In this document: piece by piece, positions 1 through 15,999 of the stretch | Position numbering within the stretch: the first letter of the stretch is position 1 | Layout: every line of letters begins with the position of its first letter | Source of the DNA: the human T2T-CHM13v2.0 reference genome, Homo sapiens | Length of the DNA: 64,000 nt | Direction: 5' to 3' (one strand) | Assembly: GCF_009914755.1 (NCBI RefSeq) | Contig: NC_060948.1 | Made by a program: the position numbers and the translations under genes | Notes under the pieces: generated by a model | Seen by the model: only the letters and a program-made list of their open reading frames with translations | Told to the model about the DNA's origin: nothing | Database searches by the model: none

Positions 1-1189
1 TGTATATATAAAATGCGACATATAATATATATTATATTTTATAACATATGTAATATATATTATATATTATATATAATACGTTGTATGTATAATACCTATA
101 ATAAATATATATTATATGACTATGTTATTAATTACATGTCACATGTGTTATATATTATATATTTTACATAGAATATACCGGTTACATACAATATATACTA
201 TGTTACCTATAATGAATAATTTATTACATGTAAAATAAAGAATGCAATATATTATGTATAATTTATAATATACAATATGTGGAATGTGATATATATAACA
301 TATAATATATGATATATGATATACAGTATATGATATATAACATGCAATATATGATACCTAATATATATGGTACACAATATATATTTTATGATATGTATTC
401 TATATGTTTTATATTCTGTTATATATAACTATTTGAAATTATATATAACTGTATAATATTTTATGTAAATATGTAATATAATATATATAACTATATAATA
501 TATTATATATAACTATATATTATGTTATATATAATTTTATAACATAATTTACATAAAATATCATAATATAATATATATTATATTATTTCATATTACATAA
601 TATATATTACATATCACCCAATATAAGTATCATACATAATATTATAATGTAGATTATGTTATGTTATATTAAATATCATATATATCATGTATCATATATT
701 CTATAATATATATTATACATTATATAATATGTATGTTGTCTATTATGTGATATATATAACTATATATATAATTATATTATTATACATATAACTAGATAAA
801 CATGTAATTCTACATATTTTCATTTATAATATGTAGAATTATATAATCATATATAATTATTTATATTCTATAAAAAATTATATCATTATATAAATTATAA
901 TATATAAAAATTATAATATGTACTACAAATATATATATTATATCATATATGATATAGTACCTTTGTTATATATCATAATACATATAAATGTGTATTATGT
1001 TATCTATAATTATATAATTTCATATATAAGATTTATAATATTTATTATATATTATATATGTTATGTAATATATATAGTATATATAAGATGACACAGGATA
1101 AATATTATATACTATGACATATAAAATATATGAGGTTATATGTTACATATAAGGCATATCACATGACATGTAATATATATCATCTATAA

Positions 1190-1480
1190 TTTTTTTTAGA
1201 CAGAGTCTTGTCCTGTTGCACAGTGTGGAGTACAATGGCGCCATCTTTGCTCACTGCAACATCTGCCTCACGGGTACAAGCGATTGTCCTCCCTCAGCCT
1301 CCCAGGTAGCTGGGACTACACCACACTGGGACTACACCAGCTGCCACCATGCCTAGCTAATTTTTTGGATTTTTAGCAGTGACAGCGTTTTACTGTATTG
1401 GCCAGGATGGTCTTGATCTCTTCACCTTGTGATCCCCTTGCCTTGGCCTCCAAATATGCTGGGATTACAGGCCTGAGCCA
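1190..1480 (-). mobile_element. Alu SINE (AluSc/AluY-grade, diverged, 5' 12 nt missing), unit 1
   Basis: Reverse complement reads TGGCTCAGGCCTGTAATCCCAGCA...GATCACAAGGTGAAGAGATCAAGACCATCCTGGCCAA...CCAAAAAATTAGC...GGAGGCTGAGG...TTGCAGTGAGC...TCT-poly(A): both Alu arms, A-rich linker and short tail. Most divergent copy in the window. Confidence 0.95.
1310..1339 (+). repeat. 16-bp internal tandem duplication inside the Alu (CTGGGACTACACCA-CA-CTGGGACTACACCA), present in every unit
   Basis: Seen: 14-bp direct repeats at 1310-1323 and 1326-1339 separated by CA; the Alu consensus has a single CTGGGACTACA. Confidence 0.9.
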
Positions 1481-2050
1481 AGATCCATATTTTTTAAATG
1501 AAAAAAAATTTCAAAGTTACTCTGCTTGGTACAATAATCAAATGTATAAACTGAGGAATAAAACATAACCATGAAACCTACTTATAACTGCATATGGAAA
1601 ATACAGAGGATAATTTTTTAAATAACATATTTTGAAAGCCTTAACTAGTAATTTGAAGAGTTGGCATTTGAAAGGCCAGTATGAATATACCTTCAAAGCA
1701 GCAACACAGGTTCCCCATGAGAAAAAGCAAACTCAGGGAAAATAAAACCACAAACGTTCAATCTCTTCTGACCTTTGAAAGACACAGCACAGACAGTGGT
1801 CCTTAGGACGAAGAGCAGGAGACCCCTAATTCCGTCACCATGGCGATAGGGCATAAACATTGCTGGGTGAGGGCACAATCCACATTGTGAGGTCCAACTG
1901 TTGCCAGGAAGACAGGAGTGCTTTTACATAGACCGAAACGTCATTGAAGGCTCAGAGTTTTATTTCAAGAACTGAATCCCAAGCCCACACGTTATTAGGC
2001 TGCGCTTCTTAAAACAAGTTATGAGATGGGAAAAAGGGCACCCACAAACA
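1481..2050. repeat. ~570-bp mixed-composition segment of the unit (HSATI portion of DYZ2); representative copy, present once per unit immediately right of each Alu
   Basis: Seen: non-Alu, non-low-complexity block from agatccatat to gggcacccacaaaca, repeated in all 26 units (3901-4470, 6320-6889, 8740-9309 ... 61935-62504). The HSATI name follows from the known DYZ2 composition; boundaries approximate. Confidence 0.8.
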
Positions 2051-3608
2051 TACGTATACATTATGTATATAATAATATACAGTATCATATATATAATATA
2101 TATAACCTATGTATAATATTGTTTTACATCCTGCATCTTATATTATATATATTGTATAAAATATAATAATTGATAATATATAAGTTTTATATTTATAAAA
2201 TATGACATATAGTATATATTATAATTTATGACATATATAATATATGTTATATATCATGTATAGAATATATTATACGGTTAATATACGTATTAAATATAAA
2301 TTATACATTATATATATTATATATAATATATCTGTTATATATAATACCCATTACGCATAATATGTATATTATGTCTATGTTATATATAGTATAAAACAAC
2401 ATATAATAATATATAATTGTATATATAAAATGCAACATATAATATATATTATATTTTATGACATATGTAATATATATTATATATTATATATAATACGTTG
2501 TATGTATAATACCTATAATAAATATATATTATATGACTATGTTATTAATTACATGTCACATGTGTTATATATTATATATTTTACATAGAATATACCGGTT
2601 ACATACAATATATACTATGTTACCTATAATGTATAATTTATTACATGTAAAATAAAGAATGCAATATATTATGTATAATTTATAATATACAATATGTGGA
2701 ATGTGATATATATAACATATAATATATGATATATGATATACAGTATATGATATATAACATACAATATATGATACCTAATATATATGGTATACAATATATA
2801 TTTTATGATATGTATTCTATATGTTTTATATTCTGTTATATATAACTATTTGAAATTATATATAACTGTATAATATTTTATGTAAATATGTAATATAATA
2901 TATATAACTATATAATATATTATATATAACTATATATTATGTTATATATACTTTTATAACATAATTTACATAAAATATCATAACATAATATATATTATAT
3001 TATTTCATATTACATAATATATATTACATATCACCCAATATAACTAACATACATAATATTATAATATAGATTATATTATGTTATATTAAATATCATATAT
3101 ATCATGTATCATATATTCTATAATATATATTACACATTATATAATATGTATGTTGTCTATTATGTGATATATATAACTATATATATAATTATATTTTTAT
3201 ACATATAACTAGATAAACATGTAATTCTACATATTTTCATTTATAATATGTAGAATTATATAATCATATATAATTATTTATAATCTATAAAAAATTTTAT
3301 GATTATATAAATTATAATATATAAAAATTATAATATGTACTACAAATATATATATTATATATCATATATGATATAGTACCTTTGTTATATATCATAATAC
3401 ATATAAATGTGTATTATGTTATCTATAATTATATAATTTCATATATAAGATGTATAATATGTATCATATATTATATATGTTATGTAATATATATAGTATA
3501 TATAAGATGACACAGGATAAATATTATATACTATGACATATAAAATATATGAGGTTATATGTTACATATAAGGCATAGCACATAACATGTAATATATATC
3601 ATATATAA
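2051..3608. repeat. ~1.56-kb AT-rich low-complexity segment of the unit (degenerate TA-based simple repeats); representative copy, once per unit, with partial copies at 1-1189 and 62505-64000
   Basis: Seen: almost entirely A/T with degenerate (TA)n, TATAT/TATTA and ATATGAT motifs, nearly base-for-base conserved between units; it ends directly at the Alu poly(T). Confidence 0.9.
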
Positions 3609-3900
<292 letters not shown>

Positions 3901-6010
3901 AGATCCATATTTTTTAAATGAAAAAAAATTTCAAAGGCACTCTGCTTCGTACAATAATCAAATGTATAAACTGAGGAATAAAACATAACCATGAAACCTA
4001 CTTATAACTGCATATGGAAAATACAGAGGATAATTTTTTAAATAACATATTTTGAAAGCCTTAACTAGTAATTTGAAGAGCTGGCATTTGAAAGGCCAGT
4101 ATGAATATACCTTCAAAGCAGCAACACAGGTTCCCCATGAGAAAAAGCAAACACAGGGAAAATAAAAACACAAAGGTTCAATCTCTTCTGACCTTTGAAA
4201 GACACAGCACAGACAGTGGTCCTTAGGACGAAGAGCAGGAGACCCCTAATTCCGTCACCATGGCGATAGGGCATAAACATTGCTGGGTGAGGGCACAATC
4301 CACATTGTGAGGTCCAACTGCTGCCAGGAAGACAGGAGTGCTTTTACATAGACCGAAAGGTCATTGAAGGCTCAGAGTTTTGTTTCAAGAACTGAATCCC
4401 AAGCCCACACGTTATTAGGCTGCGCTTCTTAAAACAAGTTATGAGATGGGAAAAAGGGCACCCACAAACATACGTATACATTATGTATATAATAATATAC
4501 AGTATCATATATATAATATATATAACCTATGTATAATATTGTTTTACATCCTGCATCTTATGTTATATATATTGTATAAAATATAATAATTGATAATATA
4601 TAAGTTTTATATTTATACAATATGACATATAGTATATATTATAATTTATGACATATATAATATTTGTTATATATCATATATAGAATATATTATACGGTTA
4701 ATATACGTATTAAATATAAATTATACATTATATATATTATATATAATATATCTGTTATATATAATACCCATTATGCATGATATATATATTATGTCTATGT
4801 TATATATAGTATAAAACAACATATAATAATATATAATTGTATATATAAAATGCGACATATAATATATATTATATTTTATAACATATGTAATATATATTAT
4901 ATATTATATATAATACGTTGTATGTATAATACCTATATTAAATATATATTATATGACTATGTTATTAATTACATGTCACATGTGTTATATATTATATATT
5001 TTACATAGAATATACCGGTTACATACAATATATACTATGTTACCTATAATGTATAATTTATTACATGTAAAATAAAGAATGCAATATATTATGTATAATT
5101 TATAATATACAATATGTGGAATGTGATATATATAACATATAATATATGATATATGATATACAGTATATGATATATAACATACACTATATGATTCCTAATA
5201 TATATGGTATACAATATATATTTTATGATATGTATTCTATATGTTTTATATTCTGTTATATATAACTATTTGAAATTATATATAACTGTATAATATTTTA
5301 TGTAAATATGTAATATAATATATAACTATATAATATATTATATATAACTATATATTATGTTATATATACTTGTATAACATAATTTACATAAAATATCATA
5401 ACATAATATATATTATATTATTTCATATTACATAATATATATTACATATCACCCAATATAAGTAACATACATAATATTATAATATAGATTATATTATGTT
5501 ATATTAAATATCATATATGTCATGTATCATATATTCTATAATATATATTACACATTATATAATATGTATGTTGTCTATTATGTGATATATATAACTCTAT
5601 ATATAATTATATTATTATACATATAACTAGATAAACATGTAATTCTACATATTTTCATTTATAATATGTAGAATTATATAATCATATATAATTATTTATA
5701 TTCTATAAAAAATTTTATCATTATCTAAATTATAATATATAAAAATTATAATATGTACTACAAATATATATATTATATATCATATATGATATAGTACCTT
5801 TGTTATATATCATAATACATATAAATGTGTATTATGTTATCTATAATTATATAATTTCATATATAAGATGTATAATATGTATCATATATTATATACGTTA
5901 TATAATATATATAGTATATATAAGATGACACAGGATAAATATTATATACTATGACATATAAAATATATGAGGTTATATGTTACATATAAGGCATAGCACA
6001 TAACATGTAA

Positions 6011-6319
<309 letters not shown>

Positions 6320-8447
6320 AGATCCATATTTTTTAAATGAAAAAAAATTTCAAAGGTACTCTGCTTGGTACAATAATCAAATGTATAAACTGAGGAATAC
6401 AACATAACCATGAAACCTACTTATAACTGCATATGGATAATACACAGGATAATTTTTTAAATAACATAGTTTGAAAGCCTTAACTAGTAATTTGAAGAGT
6501 TGGCATTTGAAAGGCCAGTATGAATATACCTTCAAAGCAGCAACACAGGTTCCCCATGAGAAAAAGCAAACACAGGGAAAATAAAAACACAAAGGTTCAA
6601 TCTCTTCTGACCTTTGAAAGACACAGCACAGACAGTGGTCCTTAGGACGAAGAGCAGGAGACCCCTAATTCCGTCACCATGGCGATAGGGCATAAACATT
6701 GCTGGGTGAGGGCACAATCCACATTGTGAGGTCCAACTGCTGCCAGGAAGACAGGAGTGCTTTTACATAGACCGAAAGGTCATTGAAGGCTCAGAGTTTT
6801 GTTTCAAGAACTGAATCCCAAGCCCACACGTTATTAGGCTGCGCTTCTTAAAACAAGTTATGAGATGGGAAAAAGGGCACCCACAAACATACGTATACAT
6901 TATGTATATAATAATATACAGTGTCATATATATAATATATATAACCTATGTATAATATTGTTTTACATCCTGCATCTTATGTTATATATATTGTATAAAA
7001 TATAATAATTGATAATATATAAGTTTTATAATTATACAATATGACATATAGTATATATTATAATTTATGACATATATAATATATGTTATATATCATATAC
7101 AGAATATATTATACGGTTAATATACGTATTAAATATAAATTATACATTATATATATTATATATAATATATCTGTTATATATAATACCCGTTATGCATAAT
7201 ATACATATTATGTCTATGTTATATATAGTATAAAACAACATATAATAATATATAATTGTATATATAAAATGCGACATATAATATATATTATATTTTATAA
7301 CATATGTAATATATATTATATATTATATATAATACGTTGTATGTATAATACCTATATTAAATATATATTATATGACTATGTTATTAATTACATGTCACAT
7401 GTGTTATATATTATATATTTTACATAGAATATACCGGTTACATACAATATATACCATGTTACCTATAATGTATAATTTATTACATGTAAAATAAAGAATG
7501 CAATATATTATGTATAATTTATAATATACAATATGTGGAATGTGATATATATAACATATAATATATGATATATGATATACAGTATATGATATATAACATA
7601 CAATATATGATTCCTAATATATATGGTATACAATATATATTTTATGATATGTATTCTGTATGTTTTATATTCTGTTATATATAACTATTTGAAATTATAT
7701 ATAACTGTATAATATTTTATGTAAATATGTAATATAATATATATAACTATATAATATATTATATATAACTATATATTATGTTATATATACTTTTATAACA
7801 TAATTTACATAAAATATCATAATATAATATATATTATATTATTTCATATTACATAATATATATTACATATCACCGAATATAACTAACATACATAATATTA
7901 TAATATAGATTATATTATGTTATATTAAATATCATATATATCATGTATCATATATTCTATAATATATATTACACATTATATAATATGTATGTTGTCTATT
8001 ATGTGATATATATAACTATATATATAATTATATTTTTATACATATAACTAGATAAACATGTAATTCTACATATTTTCATTTATAATATGTAGAAGTATAT
8101 AATCATATATAATTATTTATATTCTATAAAAAATTTTATCATTATCTAAATTATAATATATAAAAATTATAATATGTACTACAAATATATATATTATATA
8201 TCATATATGATATAGTACCTTTGTTATATATCATAATACATATAAATGTGTATTATGTTATCTATAATTATATAATTTCATATATAAGATGTATAATATG
8301 TATCATACATTATATATGTTATGTAATATATATAGTATATATAAGATGACACAGGATAAATATTACATTCTATGACATATAAAATATATGAGGTTATATG
8401 TTACATATAAGGCATAGCACATAACATGTAATATATATCATATATAA

Positions 8448-8739
8448 TTTTTTTTTAGACAGAATCTTGTCCTGTTGCACAGGGTGGGGTACAATGGCGC
8501 CATGTTTGCTCACTGCAACTTCTGCCTCACGGGTCCAAGCGATTGTCCTCCCTCAGCCTCCCAGGTAGCTGGGACTACACCACACTGGGACTACACCAGC
8601 TGCCACCATGCCTAGCTAATTTTTTGGATTTTTAGTAGTGACAGCCTTTCACTGTATTGGCCAGGATGGTCTTGATCTCTTCACCTTGTGATCCCCTTGC
8701 CTTGGCCTCCAAATTTGCTGGGATTACAGGCCTGAGCCA
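8448..8739 (-). mobile_element. Alu SINE copy, unit 4
   Basis: Same Alu, poly(T) to gcctgagcca. Confidence 0.95.
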
Positions 8740-10867
8740 AGATCCATATTTTTTAAATGAAAAAAAATTTCAAAGGTACTCTGCTTGGTACAATAATCAA
8801 ATGTATAAACTGAGGAATAAAACATAACCATGAAACCTACTTATAACTGCATATGGAAAATACAGAGGATAATTTTTTAAATAACATATTTTGAAAGCCT
8901 TAACTAGTAATTTGAAGAGTTGGCATTTGAAAGGCCAGTATGAATATACCTTCAATGCAGCAACACAGGTTCCCCATGAGAAAAAGCAAACACAGGGAAA
9001 ATAAAAACACAAAGGTTCAATCTCTTCTGACCTTTGAAAGACACAGCACAGACAGTGGTCCTTAGGACGAAGAGCAGGAGACCCCTAATTCCGTCACCAT
9101 GGCGATAGGGCATAAACATTGCTGGGTGAGGGCACAATCCACATTGTGAGGTCCAACTGCTGCCAGGAAGACAGGAGTGCTTTTACATAGACCGAAAGGT
9201 CATTGAAGGCTCAGAGTTTTGTTTCAAGAACTGAATCCCAAGCCCACACGTTATTAGGCTGCGCTTCTTAAAACAAGTTATGAGATGGGAAAAAGGGCAC
9301 CCACAAACATACGTATACATTATGTATATAATAATATACAGTGTCATATATATAATATATATAACCTATGTATAATATTGTTTTACATCCTGCATCTTAT
9401 GTTATATATATTGTATAAAATATAATAATTGATAATATATAAGTTTTATAATTATACAATATGACATATAGTATATATTATAATTTATGACATATATAAT
9501 ATATGTTATATATCATATACAGAATATATTATACGGTTAATATACGTATTAAATATAAATTATACATTATATATATTATATATAATATATCTGTTATATA
9601 TAATACCCGTTATGCATAATATACATATTATGTCTATGTTATATATAGTATAAAACAACATATAATAATATATAATTGTATATATAAAATGCGACATATA
9701 ATATATATTATATTTTATAACATATGTAATATATATTATATATTATATATAATACGTTGTATGTATAATACCTATATTAAATATATATTATATGACTATG
9801 TTGTTAATTACATGTCACATGTGTTATATATTATATATTTTACATAGAATATACCGGTTACATACAATATATACCATGTTACCTATAATGTATAATTTAT
9901 TACATGTAAAATAAAGAATGCAATATATTATGTATAATTTATAATATACAATATGTGGAATGTGATATATATAACATATAATATATGATATATGATATAC
10001 AGTATATGATATATAACATACAATATATGATTCCTAATATATATGGTATACAATATATATTTTATGATATGTATTCTGTATGTTTTATATTCTGTTATAT
10101 ATAACTATTTGAAATTATATATAACTGTATAATATTTTATGTAAATATGTAATATAATATATATAACTGTATAATATATTATATATAACTATATATTATG
10201 TTATATATACTTTTATAACATAATTTACATAAAATATCATAATATAATATATATTATATTATTTCATATTACATAATATATATTACATATCACCCAATAT
10301 AACTAACATACATAATATTATAATATAGATTATATTATGTTATATTAAATATCATATATATCATGTATCATATATTCTATAATATATATTACACATTATA
10401 TAATATGTATGTTGTCTATTATGTGATATATATAACTATATATATAATTATATTTTTATACATATAACTAGATAAACATGTAATTCTACATATTTTCATT
10501 TATAATATGTAGAAGTATATAATCATATATAATTATTTATATTCTATAAAAAATTTTATCATTATATAAATTATAATATATAAAAATTATAATATGTACT
10601 ACAAATATATATATTATATATCATATATGATATAGTACCTTTGTTATATATCATAATACATATAAATGTGTATTATGTTATCTATAATTATATAATTTCA
10701 TATATAAGATGTATAATATGTATCATATATTATATATGTTATGTAATATATATAGTATATATAAGATGACACAGGATAAATATTATATACTATGACATAT
10801 AAAATATATGAGGTTATATGTTACATATAAGGCATAGCACATAACATGTAATATATATCATATATAA

Positions 10868-11159
10868 TTTTTTTTTAGACAGAATCTTGTCCTGTTGCAC
10901 AGGGTTGGGTACAATGGCGCCATCTTTGCTCACTGCAACTTCTGCCTCACGGGTCCAAGCGATTGTCCTCCCTCAGCCTCCCAGGTAGCTGGGACTACAC
11001 CACACTGGGACTACACCAGCTGCCACCATGCCTAGCTAATTTTTTGGATTTTTAGTAGTGACAGCGTTTCACTGTATTGGCCAGGATGGTCTTGATCTCT
11101 TCACCTTGTGATCCCCTTGCCTTGGCCTCCAAATTTGCTGGGATTACAGGCCTGAGCCA
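10868..11159 (-). mobile_element. Alu SINE copy, unit 5
   Basis: Same Alu, poly(T) to gcctgagcca. Confidence 0.95.
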
Positions 11160-13264
11160 AGATCCATATTTTTTAAATGAAAAAAAATTTCAAAGGTACT
11201 CTGCTTGGTACAATAATCAAATGTATAAACTGAGGAATAAAACATAACCATGAAACCTACTTATAACTGCATATGGATAATACACAGGATAATTTTTTAA
11301 ATAACATATTTTGAAAGCCTTAACTAGTAATTTGAAGAGTTGGCATTTGAAAGACCAGTATGAATATACCTTCAAAGCAGCAACACAGGTTCCCCATGAG
11401 AAAAAGCAAACACAGGGAAAATAAAAACACAAAGGTTCAATCTCTTCTGACCTTTGAAAGACACAGCACAGACAGTGGTCCTTAGGACGAAGAGCAGGAG
11501 ACCCCTAATTCCGTCACCATGGCGATAGGGCATAAACATTGCTGGGTGAGGGCACAATCCACATTGTGAGGTCCAACTGCTGCCAGGAAGACAGGAGTGC
11601 TTTTACATAGACCGAAAGGTCATTGAAGGCTCAGAGTTTTGTTTCAAGAACTGAATCCCAAGCCCACACGTTATTAGGCTGCGCTTCTTAAAACAAGTTA
11701 TGAGATGGGAAAAAGGGCACCCACAAACATACGTATACATTATGTATATAATAATATACAGTGTCATATATATAATATATATAACCTATGTATAATATTG
11801 TTTTACATCCTGCATCTTATGTTATATATATTGTATAAAATATAATAATTGATAATATATAAGTTTTATAATTATACAATATGACATATAGTATATATTA
11901 TAATTTATGACATATATAATATATGTTATATATCATATACAGAATATATTATACGGTTAATATACGTAATAAATATAAATTATACATTATATATATTATA
12001 TATAATATATCTGTTATATATAATACCCGTTATGCATAATATATATATTATGTCTATGTTATATATAGTATAAAACAACATATAATAATATATAATTGTA
12101 TATATAAAATGCGACATATAATATATATTATATTTTATAACATATGTAATATATATTATATATTATATATAATACGTTGTATGTATAATACCTATATTAA
12201 ATATATATTATATGACTATGTTATTAATTACATGTCACATGTGTTATATATTATATATTTTACATAGTATATACCGGTTACATACAATATATACCATGTT
12301 ACCTATAATGTATAATTTATTACATGTAAAATAAAGAATGCAATATATTATGTATAATTTATAATATACAATATGTGGAATGTGATATATATAACATATA
12401 ATATATGATATATGATATACAGTATATGATATATAACATACAATATATGATTCCTAATATATATGGTATACAATATATATTTTATGATATGTATTCTGTA
12501 TGTTTTATATTCTGTTATATATAACTATTTGAAATTATATATAACTGTATAATATTTTATGTAAATATATAATATAATATATATAACTATATAATATATT
12601 ATATATAACTATATATTATGTTATATATACTTTTATAACATAATTTACATAAAATATCATAATATAATATATATTATATTATTTCATATTACATAATATA
12701 TATTACATATCACCCAATATAACTAACATACATAATATTATAATATAGATTATATTATGTTATATTAAATATCATATATATCATGTATCATATATTCTAT
12801 AATATATATTACACATTATATAATATGTATGTTGTCTATTATGTGATATATATAACTATATATATAATTATATTTTTATACATATAACTAGATAAACATG
12901 TAATTCTACATATTTTCATTTATAATATGTAGAAGTATATAATCATATATAATTATTTATATTCTATAAAAAATTTTATCATTATCTAAATTATAATATA
13001 TAAAAATTATAATATGTACTACAAATATATATATTATATGTCATATATGATATAGTACCTTTGTTATATATCATAATACATATAAATGTGTATTATGTTA
13101 TCTATAATTATATAATTTCATATATAAGATGTATAATATGTATCATATATTATATATGTTATGTAATATATATAGTATATATAAGATGACACAGGATAAA
13201 TATTACATTCTATGACATATAAAATATATGAGGTTATATGTTACATATAAGGCATAGCACATAA

Positions 13265-13579
<315 letters not shown>

Positions 13580-15707
13580 AGATCCATATTTTTTAAATGA
13601 AAAAAAATTTCAAAGGTACTCTGCTTGGTACAATAATCAAATGTATAAACTGAGGAATAAAACATAACCATGAAACCTACTTATAACTTCATATGGATAA
13701 TACACAGGATAATTTTTTAAATAACATAGTTTGAAAGCCTTAACTAGTAATTTGAAGAGTTGGCATTTGAAAGGCCAGTATGAATATACCTTCAAAGCAG
13801 CAACACAGGTTCCCCATGAGAAAAAGCAAACACAGGGAAAATAAAAACACAAAGGTTCAATCTCTTCTGACCTTTGAAAGACACAGCACAGACAGTGGTC
13901 CTTAGGACGAAGAGCAGGAGACCCCTAATTCCGTCACCATGGCGATAGGGCATAAACATTGCTGGGTGAGGGCACAATCCACATTGTGAGGTCCAACTGC
14001 TGCCAGGAAGACAGGAGTGCTTTTACATAGACCGAAAGGTCATTGAAGGCTCAGAGTTTTGTTTCAAGAACTGAATCCCAAGCCCACACGTTATTAGGCT
14101 GCGCTTCTTAAAACAAGTTATGAGATGGGAAAAAGGGCACCCACAAACATACGTATACATTATGTATATAATAATATACAGTGTCATATATATAATATAT
14201 ATAACCTATGTATAATATTGTTTTACATCCTGCATCTTATGTTATATATATTGTATAAAATATAATAATTGATAATATATAAGTTTTATAATTATACAAT
14301 ATGACATATAGTATATATTATAATTTATGACATATATAATATATGTTATATATCATATACAGAATATATTATACGGTTAATATACGTATTAAATATAAAT
14401 TATACATTATATATATTATATATAATATATCTGTTATATATAATACCCGTTATGCATAATATACATATTATGTCTATGTTATATATAGTATAAAACAACA
14501 TATAATAATATATAATTGTATATATAAAATGCGACATATAATATATATTATATTTTATAACATATGTAATATATATTATATATTATATATAATACGTTGT
14601 ATGTATAATACCTATATTAAATATATATTATATGACTATGTTATTAATTACATGTCACATGTGTTATATATTATATATTTTACATAGAATATACCGGTTA
14701 CATACAATATATACCATGTTACCTATAATGTATAATTTATTACATGTAAAATAAAGAATGCAATATATTATGTATAATTTATAATATACAATATGTGGAA
14801 TGTGATATATATAACATATAATATATGATATATGATATACAGTATATGATATATAACATACAATATATGATTCCTAATATATATGGTATACAATATATAT
14901 TTTATGATATGTATTCTGTATGTTTTATATTCTGTTATATATAACTATTTGAAATTATATATAACTGTATAATATTTTATGTAAATATATAATATAATAT
15001 ATATAACTATATAATATATTATATATAACTATATATTATGTTATATATACTTTTATAACATAATTTACATAAAATATCATCATATAATATATATTATATT
15101 ATTTCATATTACATAATATATATTACATATCACCGAATATAACTAACATACATAATATTATAATATAGATTATATTATGTTATATTAAATATCATATATA
15201 TCATGTATCATATATTCTATAATATATATTACACATTATATAATATGTATGTTGTCTATTATGTGATATATATAACTATATATATAATTATATTTTTATA
15301 CATATAACTAGATAAACATGTAATTCTACATATTTTCATTTATAATATGTAGAAGTATATAATCATATATAATTATTTATATTCTATAAAAAATTTTATC
15401 ATTATCTAAATTATAATATATAAAAATTATAATATGTACTACAAATATATATATTATATATCATATATGATATAGTACCTTTGTTATATATCATAATACA
15501 TATAAATGTGTATTATGTTATCTATAATTATATAATTTCATATATAAGATGTATAATATGTATCATACATTATAAATGTTATGTAATATATATAGTATAT
15601 ATAAGATGACACAGGATAAATATTACATTCTATGACATATAAAATATATGAGGTTATATGTTACATATAAGGCATAGCACATAACATGTAATATATATCA
15701 TATATAA

Positions 15708-15999
15708 TTTTTTTTTAGACAGAATCTTGTCCTGTTGCACAGGGTGGTGTACAATGGCGCCATCTTTGCTCACTGCAACTTCTGCCTCACGGGTCCAAGC
15801 GATTGTCCTCCCTCAGCCTCCCAGGTAGCTGGGACTACACCACACTGGGACTACACCAGCTGCCACCATGCCTAGCTAATTTTTTGGATTTTTAGTAGTG
15901 ACAGCGTTTCACTGTATTGGCCAGGATGGTCTTGATCTCTTCACCTTGTGATCCCCTTGCCTTGGCCTCCAAATTTGCTGGGATTACAGGCCTGAGCCA
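15708..15999 (-). mobile_element. Alu SINE copy, unit 7
   Basis: Same Alu, poly(T) to gcctgagcca. Confidence 0.95.

Noticed and set aside
1175-1495. Target-site duplication around the Alu (atatcatat vs agatccatat)
   Set aside because: Similarity is weak and expected by chance in AT-rich flanks.
1834-1890. Strong Kozak context gtcaccATGgcg and nearby G/GTGAGG splice-donor-like site
   Set aside because: The frame closes after 16 codons (MAIGHKHCWVRAQSTL); no promoter or acceptor evidence; such motifs occur by chance.
2051-3608. TATA boxes and AATAAA polyadenylation signals in the AT-rich block
   Set aside because: Inevitable at this base composition; no supporting gene structure.
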